The notes below the pieces were generated by a model. It was not told the origin of the DNA, did not search any database, and saw only the letters and a list, made by a program, of their open reading frames with translations. Both the position numbers and the translations under genes were made by a program. Shown here piece by piece: positions 50,716 to 61,362 of a DNA stretch of 64,000 nt. Within the stretch, counting starts at the first letter, position 1; each line of letters opens with the position of its first letter. Source of the DNA: Selaginella moellendorffii (Eukaryota; Plantae; Lycopodiophyta); assembly GCF_000143415.4 (NCBI RefSeq), contig NW_003314311.1:540181-604180 (forward strand). The letters are read 5' to 3'.

Positions 50716-53700
50716 ATGGTAAGTCTTTTAGACCAAGTAGAAAATGGCATGAGGCCACATGCCATTCAGTAGCAACATTGGCATGCACCGATTGGGCTCT
50801 CGAGTGCAGTCCGGTTATAGATGGCGTGTAGCCTCACGCCATCTTAGGATGCAGCCTCAAGACATCTGATGCAGTGGTGAATGGCGTGTGGCCTCACGTT
50901 ATTTCCAGCTGCTAGCTTTTCATCTGTCAGCTCTAATTGTTGTGCATTTCTGAACAGGCGAGGAATTGCGTTCTTCTTCCAGCCACTGTTAATGTGGATG
51001 CAGAGAAGGGGGAGGAGCTCACCAGTTGGACTTTCGGGATGGAAGGCGAGGATCTGATGCTGTACAACACAGATGGTGGGAGAAAAGAATGCATGGGGAT
51101 CCTCATCCAAGTGACAGACACTCCATGCAGTTCCATGCAAGAATATGGATTGGCACTTGTGGTAGAGACAGCGTCCGCCTTCAAGATCCACCTTGCACAT
51201 CCTAGCGGCTTCCTGGAGGGGGGCAGCGGCTATGAGGAATTCCTAGAGGGAGCTAGGGAGAGGTTGTCCAGGAGGCCCACAATTTCAAAGACGCTGCGGG
51301 TCTATGAAGATCACATGGAATCCACGGACCTCACCTACGGCGATGTTCAAAAACTATATTCCAACATTGAGCCGTTGAGAGTGCCTCCAGTTTGCGAAGT
51401 GAAGGGGAAGGGGGTCGATCTGGAAACTACCCCGAAGCAGAAAAGGGTGGTCAAGCTCAAGTCGACGTCCGACTCTGCTGCTCCAAAAAAGAAGCTACTC
51501 GGTGATGCCATTGCCTCGGGTTCGAACACTACACCCACCAAAAAGAAGAGCCGCAAAGAGCAGAAAGAGCAAGAAGAGGCAGCAAAAATCATCGCAGATA
51601 ATAGTACTTGTTACTATTCCAACAAAGTATATACAATCGACGTGAGCCGTATCGAGATCCAAAGCAAATACAACCACAGGCTAGTATCTGATGAGTGGGT
51701 GGAGAAACTGAAGCAGAAGATGCTGGCAAGTCCAGTAACACCCGACATCGCAGACGTGATCCCCTACTACCGAACAATGAAGGGCGAGACGAGGTTTCCA
51801 GACTTGATCAATAGGAAGGTGTTGGACGATCAGAACATCCGGTTCTATGCCGTCTCCGAGCAGCATTCTAGCTTGGCGATGCAACAGATAGTTGTGGATA
51901 TTATGGTGGGCGAGGAGGTGAAGAAAGTCTTCAAGACAAGAGTTGTCCGCCTGATAAAAGGCAACTCGCCCCTCCGATCTATCATATACATCTCCCACGC
52001 GCAGAATGTCAAGCAAGAAACATGCTACAAATCGGGTCTGCACGAGACATTGGCACGAACACGGAAGCTCTGGGTTCAACTGAAGAAGCCACAAAAACCA
52101 GGACAAGGACGTGCACTAGCAACTAGCGCCTGGCAGGTAAGCCTCGTTGCATGTGGCATAGCATGTGGCCTCACGCCATTTCCATTGTAGGAATTCTCGA
52201 GTCTTCTCTCGAAAACACTAGGGGTCAATGATACACTCAGCATCCATAACATTCTACTCGCGACAAAAGTTGTTTTTGACAAATGGGTAGATGTGCTGAG
52301 GAGGTACCATGACGGGGAGTTGCTAAACGCAATGGGTGTGGAGGACGGCCGGAAGCCCAATGATTTGAAGCTCAATGCCTTGCGTTTCTCGCGGTCTCTA
52401 GACGACGACGACCTTCTGACAGTGGCTAATGCTCTTCTACGTGGTGAGGTAGTCTTCAACAAGACCAAAATGACTCCCGGCCATATTGTGACATACGAGG
52501 ACTTGTGCATGACTCTGAGAGCTCGTGCGCTATTGAAGGATTGGATCTTCGAGCAAGTGGCCGTGGCGAGGGTGAGCATCGACACCACGCAAGAGATGAT
52601 GGAAGAGCTGGACTTGTCAAATGAAGACATCGACGAGTACGTGAAGGGGGCCCCCAAGTTCATCGATCTGCTGCGGGATGCCACGAAAAGTAAAGCTGAG
52701 AAGTTGGATTAGTATCCAAATTTCATTAAGAGGGATGTCGACCGCTGGCTTCAGAAACAGCTCGACCCCGCAGCAGAGGCCTATCGAGAACCTTACCGGG
52801 TATACGTGAATTCGGATGAGGATCAAAGGTGGAGGAGCATCGTTTCCCGCGGAGATGAGCAGGTCAAGAACATCTTTTGTGTGATGGACTTCACAAACGA
52901 GGAGATCACTTATGCAGACGAAGTCAGCTCCATCATTGACTTAATGGTGGGACTTGCGGAGGTGGAATCTTCAGTCCACTATATGATCTACGACTCCGAA
53001 TCCTATCACAAGTTCTGGAAGGCCTTGAACGAGGTGAAGGCTCGGTTGAAAGGCAAGGAGATGCGGGAGATCCATGGGATAATGGCTAAGAAGAAGATAC
53101 CGACGAATGTCCGCATCTTCACAGTCGCCCTTGTTATTGGTCCTGCAGCAGAGTGGGACTGGAGTGACTTCCCAGCTTCGTTCAACAAAGCCGATCGAAT
53201 TGATCTGAGGGAGGTCAATTTACCCGTGCCTGAGGAACTGAAGACGGCTATGGAGCTTTCGAATCCAAAGAAAGCTCCAGGTGCAGCATGGGAAATGCTC
53301 AGCTGGGTCTTCAACGCAATAGCGGGTGACTCCAAGGGCAAATGCGTTGTCGAGTACAACTGCGGCGGACTATTCTTTCGAGCCGCACTACTCAAGGGTG
53401 TCCCGTGTGTTGCGGTGACAAACTCCATTGAAAAGGTGACTTCAATGGAGCATATAATTACAGTTGCCAAAGAAAAACAGTATCTTCTCTACGAACCTGG
53501 TGAGTACGCACTTTAAGTTTAAATGTTATCTCACAAGCTCTGTATGCAGGAGCGTGGCCACCCCCAGATGCTGAAACGGCATTAACAACTACTGATGTTA
53601 GGCCGAGGTCACAACCTGCACAAGGTAAGGTCACGTGAGGCCTCACGCCATTTTGATTATAGATCGTTGTGAATATTCAGACACGAGGACTGAAAAGCGC

Positions 53701-56309
53701 ACTGGTGGCGCGTCGAAGAAGGACAAACAGACAAGCAATAGGAAAAAAGGAGGTACAAATTATATTTGCAATGGCGTGTGGTCTCATGCCATTCCTTGCA
53801 GGAGACACTTCTTCAAAGGCAAAACAGGCAAGCACCAGCCAAGCTCAAACTGACAGTGGTCATAAAAAGTGAAAGCACGTTGGACAGTCGTCGGGATCAG
53901 AGGCGTTTGATTTGAAAAGGAAGAAGGGCAACGAAAAGATTATAGGTAATGCCTCGCGGTTATGGCGTGTGTGCTCATGCCATTCATTGCAGATCAAGGG
54001 TTGAGTGAAAGGAGCCAGTCACCACCTTCTGACTCAGATTCCTATGGCGGACTCCCCTTCCCCAATCTCAATAGAGAGGTACAATGGATGAGGGATGCTT
54101 TTCAAGTCAGGGCCACGTTTTTCTCATCTCGTCGTCTTCGAAGGGTGCAAGAACGTGCAGAAACCATGTTAAGACAGTCGGGTGAGGATACGGTCCTAGG
54201 TCACGCACTAAAACAGGCTATGGATGTCTTGTATTTTGAGATGGAGACTCGGCCAGATGATTTTCCCAAGATGGTCCTGGAAAAACAAGCCATCCAGCCT
54301 GAGCAGCCTATGGAAGAAATGCAAGAGGGGGATGAGGAGCCAGAGAAAGATAATGAGCAGGAAGAGCAGAAGGACGAAGAGGAGGACAAAGAAGAGGAGG
54401 ACGAAGAAGAGGAGGATGAAGAAGAGGAGGACGAAGAGGACTTGGATGGTCCTCACAATGGTGACGATCACAATAACGACGATGACGATGATGACGACGA
54501 TGGCCAGCCTGAGGTGGCCAAAGAGCAGCGGAGGAAGGTCATACAAGACAAACCATCAGGTAAATAATAGTACATCCATTCCTAACCTTTTACCATTTCT
54601 AACATTGTCCATGTAGATCGCAGAAGAAATGGTAAGTAAAGATTATTCAGTTGAATTAAGATACAAACTCTAGCCTTTAGTGTCGAGGAAGGATAGTGCC
54701 AAGCAAGGGTCGAAACGTATGTCCAATCCTTCAGAATCAGCAGTGCGCCCAATAGCAGTTGATGGTAAATACAGTATAGTCGATTCAATGTGCTAATGAG
54801 TTTGGTTTTAGTAGCCAGTAGGGAGGATACCATCTCAATCGAAGGGAGATATTTGGACATGCATATGGATCCACCAGTGGACTCTACTTGCCTGCAAGAG
54901 TCATCAGAGCTGGTGGAGGCTACTATCCATATCAACGCCAAGCAAGCTGACCACGCTCCACTTGATGCTGCCCATACCACTGAGTCAATCTTGTCCACGT
55001 ATCCAACTGACGGTGACTAGGCGCCATTGGACCCGCATAAGGCCGCCCCAGTCGCCGAGCCGGTCGTATCCTCATTTCCAACGGACTCAACATGTGCCCA
55101 ATCGTCTGACTACGCGCCGTTGGAACCTCCCTACACCGCCCCTGCTGCCTGTTCGGTCATGTCCACTTTGCCAACGGAGGCACCAGCTGAAATGGCATGT
55201 GATCACACGCCATCGGAACCACCCCATGCCACTGTTGAGCCAGTTGTACCAGAGTCTACAGCTGAAATGGCATGTGCCCACACGCCATCAGATGCGATTG
55301 ACCCCACATTGCAGAGGAGAGTATTTCCGCCCTTCACGTTTCCTCGACCAAAACCCTCTGAACGACCATCGGGAGCACCATTTGCTAATATTGTAGATGG
55401 TAAAATTGACTTGTACCATTTTTTATGCTGACGCATTTCATTTCAGAGTCACGGCGAAAGTACTGTATCGTTTTTGATCTGAACGGTGTCCTTTTCTCCC
55501 ATGAGCGTGGCTCGTCCTCGAATGTCACTGCACCCTCCAAAGCCTGCGGTCGCAAGTTGGTCAAAAGAGACAGATTCACATTAATCACACGGGAGAAATT
55601 GCGGGATCTAATAATGACCATGCGACACTTAAAACAGAGGGCCGGGTTCAATTTGCAATTGGGAGTTTGGACATCCATGATGCGCCACAATGCATTAACG
55701 TTGCTACAGATGATGCACGATCAGACGCGAGTAATATTACCATTTGACTTTCTCCTAACGCAGGAGGATTGCTTGACTATGGTCCATGTGAGGGGTAGCA
55801 AGCCCATCTTCGTCAAGGCAGAGGCTGTAGTGATGAACCGGACTGCTAGGTCAAGTGAAATCCTCATCATCGATGACTCGCCGATTAAAACTGCAGCGAA
55901 CACGCACACATATGCAGTGCACCCCATCTCTTGCAGTATGGAAACTAGGGAGAAGAAACCGTATGTTCTGGGGGACCTTGCAAAACGGCTTGAAGCGATG
56001 GTGATAGAGAACCGGCCAGTCCAGGAGGTGGCTGCAGAAATCAACCAAATGGCAGATGGAACGGTATATCAGAAGCCATTTGATCGGACAGACACCAGTC
56101 ATCATTTATGGCATGTATATTGTCTAGCCAAGCACTATCCGCATCTCCATAATCTGCTCAACCGGATGGGTTCTTCGACCACTGAACATGAGCGTGGACG
56201 TATTAGAGAAGAGATGGCATTACTATTGGGTTTAAATCCTGATAGTGTGGAGAGTGATGAAATTCCAAGATTATTGTATAGGCGTTGGAGGCAAAAAATA
56301 ACAGTCTGA
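50716..56309 (+). pseudogene. Large multi-exon Sola cargo gene: ParB-like, degenerate MTase-like, acidic tract and FCP1/NIF-like HAD domains; a few premature stops
   Basis: Phase-compatible GT-AG exons join ATG 50716 to stop 56309. VYTIDVSRIEI..HRLVSDEWVEKLKQKM..FYAVSEQHS (ParB-like); CVVEYNCGGLFFRAALLKGVPCVAV (motif-I-like); D/E tract at 54320-54500; CIVFDLNGVL..GVWTS..ILIIDDSPIK. Confidence 0.72.
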
Positions 56310-59300
56310 GATGGCATGTATTTATTTAAAAATGTAACTTATTATGGCATGGGGTTCCATGCCATTGTATTAATATTAAAAGACAATTCTTTGAGAGGAT
56401 TTGCATTATACTAGAAGTGTTACAGCATGTTATTGGAAGTCTACGAAGTTGTTTTATTAATAAGGGGAAAGTAAAGATTGAATGGGGACTTGGGCTCCAC
56501 CTAGACTCGGAGCAACTGAGCCAATATTAAAAGGATGGAAAGAAATTGGACGACGATGACAAGGAGAAGAGAGAGGTGAAGCAGTGGCAGGGGGAGGAGA
56601 AGTGATTGAGTAGACATTTCCTTGTTTAAAATAAAATGGCATGTGCCTCAATGCAGTTGAATTTTGTTATATTTATATACTATATAAAGGTTTGGAAACC
56701 TTATTTTACAAGTGGGATAATGACAATTCCCACTTTAACGAAATAGAGCTTAAATGTCGATTCTACAAAAATGCTCCTCTATGTCGTGCTATCTGCGAGG
56801 CCAAGATGTACTACTTTCTTCCACGGGATGGAGTGGCTGGAAGAGCTGCAGTGCATGTTGGCACACATATGCATCTAATGCAGGAAGGGATACAAAGGAG
56901 TTCTCTCAACCGTTTCAAAGATGCTGTACAGGAAGAGACTATGAGAAACTCATCTGCAACTCCAAAGCATATTCAGAAGACCGTCCTCAAGGATTTTATC
57001 GCAAATACCTTACTCAATCCAGGTTGCCAAAAGACTCAACTAAACGAGGCTAGCTTGCGGGACTTACTACGAGGAGTACAACCTGCTACTAGCCTAAGGA
57101 GGTACATCCATTATTTTTCATACGTTATAATAATAATTTTTTCTTATATTATATTGTTTAGGATAAAATCTTGGATGTGTGAATCTCGAGAGGGGAAGTT
57201 GCAATCAAAAATTGACTCCATCCTTGAATTGAAATGGACCTGTCCATACGAGTTCATCCACGGAAGTTTATTTCTAGACCAAGTTGTGAATGAGCAAGAG
57301 CGCCCCTTCGTCTTCAAAATGTCTACCATGGGCCCTGCCTCTGGTGTAGATCTTGTCTCCCGAATGGACATGTTTAGGTCCAGTGACCTTGCAAATGCAT
57401 GGGTACATTTTGACCATATGGAGCGTGTATCCGGTTGGACAACTATGGGAGCTCATGTATATGATCCAAGGTAATTTTTATTCTCATTTTATTGAAATTG
57501 TTATAATATTTATGTTTTCATAGGCTACGTTGTAACTTAACAATTGCGACAGCAGAGTTTAAAGTACAAGACCAGACAGCACAGGAAATATTTTGGAAGT
57601 CCCTCTCTGATATTGTCCTAAAGCAGACTGGTAAGCCTGCAAACTTTCGTGGTTTCATGGCAGATGGGGCTGGTGCAAACTGGAATGGTATCTGAGCAGT
57701 TTTTGGGAATGGTCAACCATTGGAAGGTCGTGAGAGGACTTGTGAGTTCCATTGGGCTCAAAGCCTAAACCAGCATTGCCACCTTATCAAGCCAGAGTTT
57801 CAATCAATGTTTAAGGAGTTGTGCAAACAATGGCAGGTTGCACCTTCTGAAGAAGAGCATGAGGCAAAAGCAAACGAGATCTGAATGTGGTGGCATGAAG
57901 ATGGCCATACAGACGTAAGTTGCCTACCACAACTTGAGTCATGGTTAGGATGGTGGGAAGTTAGGATGTTCCAATGGGGACATCACTCTTTTCAAGTTGG
58001 TTTATATTTTTTCTTCTCCTTTTATTACCTTTTAATATTGCCTTTTCCATTAGGATCAACCAGTTGAGGACCTCGCATACACCCCAACTGTGAATCTCTC
58101 CGAAAGTAAGCATTGGAGTTGGCGTTCCTCTGAGGCAGGGAAAGGGAAGATGAGTCTATACGAAGCCTGTCTATCAGATTTGATACGTGCTATAGAGCAA
58201 TCTTCAAAAGCACTGGCATTCGAGGAAGGAAGATACATGGGAACAGGGCCTTCTGTTGAGATGTTACATGATAGGATGAAGAGAAAATTAATTCCACCCG
58301 CCCGAACAGTGGCAACTGCAGTTGAGGAAGTGGTCCGTGGCACATCTATGGAGTACACTCCCCGAGCTTCTATTGGTGATATGAAAACTGTCCGCTCAAA
58401 GCGTCATTTTTCCTTTGCTGGGGAAGATGTTGGTACGGACCTTGGAGCAAAAAGCTCCCACAGGCCTGATGTTGAGTACCATTCTGCTCCAAGACACCGC
58501 TCTCGGATTGAGCCACCTCAAGTGGCTGATGAAGAGAGTGCATCGCAACAGGTTGAAATTGCTTACCGTAGCGTGGAGCTGAAGCAATGGGCAATCCGAC
58601 GTGTGCCAGCAAAATCAAATGTAAGGTGTGTGGGGATGCTTCCGAGGGGCAAGTGTTGGGCCTGGATTCGTGGTGAAAAATCTGCTTCTATTCCAGCCCT
58701 ATGTTTCTATGGAGAACGAAAGCAAGTAGGATTTTCAAGATGGTGCTGGCTATATTGTTGCAACACCGACGCCAACCATACGAAGCGGCTTGAAGACACT
58801 ATAGTGACTAAACCTGATGTAGTACCTAAAGAATGGCCGGTTGTTAATGGGGTCGCGCTCACCTCGGATGAGATTGAAAACCTTGAGAAATCTGGTTTTA
58901 ATCTTGAGAGGAGAGTTGGAGACATGAGTGACAGGAGCAGAACTATTCCTATAGAGATGCACAGGAGGCCAGCACGAAAAGGTAAAGCAGTTAAATTTAT
59001 TGGTACTATCTCCAAGCAGAAGCAAGGTAAAATAAACTTGGCTCAAACACTTGAGTGTGAGATTCTCTCTACGAAGTACATCACTGCGCTTGCAAAGGAG
59101 TACATAGTCAAAACAGAAGGTGGAGAGTACACAATTGCCATTCACGACTTTCCTTCTTGCACATGTCCAGACTTTACGAAGCGCGAAGGACATGGGAAGG
59201 CATATGCTCCTTGCAAGCATATGTACTACATCTTCATCAACATCTTGCACCAGGATCCTAAAGTGGATATTCATATACACCAAGCAAGCCTTACTATTGC

Positions 59301-59422
59301 TGAGTTGCAGAAAACTTTTGGAGCTAATTAGATTTCTCCAACACTATCGATGTTTATTCTCTATCAATAAAACTTATTATACTTTATATAATTAATACAA
59401 ATGTGCTTTTTCATTTCACTTT

Positions 59423-59875
59423 TCATTTTATATGCTTCCGAGTGTTCTTCTCGCAATACTGCCCATAGTACTTGTGTGTCTCCATTTTTGTCTTTACCAT
59501 CTCAAAAAAGATTTCATGGTAGTCTTTCGGGTGCGTGATGTTGCAGTGTGTCGCAAGAACATATATACCATCATACTGATCATTGCCATTGTTTCCACCA
59601 GACGCTAGAAAACATATGGGGCACTTATTGAAAGTGGCAGAATTGCACTTTTCTAAAACAAGTAAGAGGGCATTCTTTTTCACCCAATTTGTTGCACCCT
59701 CTGTCATTGCATTTATCTCCAACTCATGATCACTATCCTCACTATCCTCTCTTTCATTCTCTTGTGTGATTTGGTTATGCTGTGCAATGGGATAGTTATT
59801 GCATCTCCTAGCCCTTGAGCCCTGGGAAGAAAGATTGTGAGAGTTAAAATTACCAACACTAGAACCCATAGACAT
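59423..59875 (-). CDS. MULE accessory protein, 150 aa, with an SGS3-type zf-XS-like finger
   Basis: Intact ORF with KCPICFLASGGNNGNDQYDGIYVLATHCNITHPKDYHEIF. Confidence 0.62.
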   Translation of the reverse strand: MSMGSSVGNFNSHNLSSQGSRARRCNNYPIAQHNQITQENEREDSEDSDHELEINAMTEGATNWVKKNALLLVLEKCNSATFNKCPICFLASGGNNGNDQYDGIYVLATHCNITHPKDYHEIFFEMVKTKMETHKYYGQYCEKNTRKHIK

Positions 59876-60463
59876 TTGTGAGTGTATTTCCCTTTTTTCG
59901 AATGAGAGTGTGAATGAAGATCTATAAATTCTAGACAGTATGCTACGACAAACCCCTCAAGAATGTATTCTATAAAGAACCAAGTCTTTCTTTTATATGC
60001 AATAAACTTACATCAACGGTTATTTTTTTTCCTTTCAAACAGTTATATGGTTTCATATAGAATCTTATTTCAAATTTAATAATTTTTTAATTCTGACAAA
60101 CCTAACATTTACTAGCCAGAAAGCATAGAGTACAAATTTAAAGAAGTGACAAGAATACTCTTTTTTCAAACATTTTATTTTATGTTCTAAAAAATGTCCC
60201 TATCATTGCATGTAGTAAATATTTAAATTATTAGAACAAAATGTGTTCTTTAGAACATTTTTATCTATATAATATATAGAGAGTTATTAAATTATTAGGT
60301 TCGCCATAACCTTAAAATTTTAAAATTTATAATGTTCGTACTAAATTATAATTGAAAATTGAGCTCAACTCGTGAGCTCAACTCTTAAACTCGTGAGCTC
60401 AAGTATGGTCCGCGCCCTTTATGTGGAGGTTGTCTACTATATGAATCCATCTCATAGGCTTTA

Positions 60464-61330
60464 TGTAAGCAACTAAAGGGAACAACTTGAGAGACGATCC
60501 ATAAGGGTTTAAATATAGAGGGAAAGGGCCCATGAACAAAAGTGCACCCCCTTTTTCAATCAGTTAAAGGTCTTGGGATATTTGGAGTTAAACGTCCTTG
60601 AGTTTGAATAGTACTGGGTTGAGTAACTTCCCGGGAAGTCTAATGTGAGACACAAAATCCCTAGGCCCCAAAGTGGAGCCGGAAAGGGTGCCACGTGGTA
60701 GTGGCTGAAGCGAGAGCCAAACGAGCGTAACACGTTTGGACCAAAAGCTCCGACTTGAAAAGTCAAGAGCGGGAGTGGAACTCCCAACGAAGTGCTCGAG
60801 GAACGAGCACGAAGCGAGCAAAAAGCGAGGCTCCAAAAAGGGACCCAAAAGGACCAACACATGACACGTGGAAGTGTCCGAGATGGACTCGAGTTGGAGT
60901 CCGAAGTGGAGTCCGAGATGGACTCACGTTGGAGTCCGAAGTGGAGTCCGAGATGGACTTGAGTTGGAGTCCGAAGTGGAGTCCGAGATGGACCCGAGTT
61001 GGAGTCCGAAGTGGAGTCCGAGATGGACCCGAGTTGGAGTCCGAAGTGGAGTCCGAGATGGACCCGAGATGGAGTCCGAGATGGAGTCCGAGATGGAGTC
61101 CGAGATGGAGTCCGAGGTGGACCCGAGATGGACTCGAAATGGAGTCCAAGATGGAGTCCGAGATGGAGTCCGAGGTGGACCCGAGATGGACCCGAAATGG
61201 AGTCCGAGATGGAGTCCGAGATGGACCCGAGATGGAGTCCGAGATGGACCCGAAATGGAGTCTGAGATGGACCCGAGATGGAGTCTGAGATGGAGTCCGA
61301 GATGGAGTCCGAAGTCGAGACCGAGACCGG

Positions 61331-61362
<32 letters not shown>

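Larger units (their letters stand above)
43415..56655. repeat. Dispersed 22-bp palindrome family ATGGCRTG-N6-CAYGCCAT (about 30 copies counted by eye)
   Basis: Examples near 43503, 44260, 44407, 45749, 45807, 47652, 47722, 47758, 47928, 48026, 49612, 49850, 50744, 50821, 50881, 52158, 53771, 53962, 55192, 55267 and 56344. Not seen outside the Sola-like family. Confidence 0.9.
42872..56751 (-). mobile_element. Sola1-like DNA transposon, 13,880 bp
   Basis: 24-bp TIRs A(T/A)GCTCTATTTCGTTAAAGTGGGA (42872-42895, 56728-56751). 4-bp TSD AAAT (42868-42871, 56752-56755), consistent with the AWWT preference I recall for Sola1. Encodes a DDD-type transposase. Confidence 0.88.
42364..59331 (+). pseudogene. 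MULE-type transposase with C-terminal SWIM finger, split by the Sola-like insertion (5' part 42364-42871, 3' part 56756-59331)
   Basis: Removing the insert and one AAAT restores GGA TTC AAA TGT CGA (..AVGFKCRFY..HVGTHMH). Core VHFDHM..GFMADGAGANWN..CEFHWAQSL; SWIM PSCTCPDF..PCKHMYY. Internal TGA stops. Confidence 0.88.
34795..60417 (+). mobile_element. Large MULE/MuDR-like DNA transposon (about 11.7 kb own sequence plus a nested Sola-like element)
   Basis: Imperfect TIRs GGGGATGGTCCAAAGTTGAG..GAGTTGAGCTCATGAGTTGAGCTCAATT vs revcomp GGGCGCGGACCATACTTGAG..GAGTTGAGCTCACGAGTTGAGCTCAATT. Flanking TSD TTTATATG (34787-34794) vs TTTATGTG (60418-60425). Contains a MULE-SWIM transposase. Confidence 0.8.

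Noticed and set aside
43415-56655. Palindrome family as a CRISPR array
   Set aside because: Spacing is irregular (tens to thousands of bp), copies lie in introns and exons, no cas genes are present, and the context is eukaryotic.
56641-56751. N-terminus MCLNAVEFCY.. shared by ORFs 56641-57474 and 63390-63743
   Set aside because: It is read-through from the Sola terminal sequence into unrelated flanks, not a gene duplication.
34795-60417. Zisupton/KDZ classification suggested by the 8-bp TSD and SWIM finger
   Set aside because: The catalytic core (FMAD..CxFHW) and C-terminal SWIM match MULE transposases; no KDZ CxC motifs were recognised.
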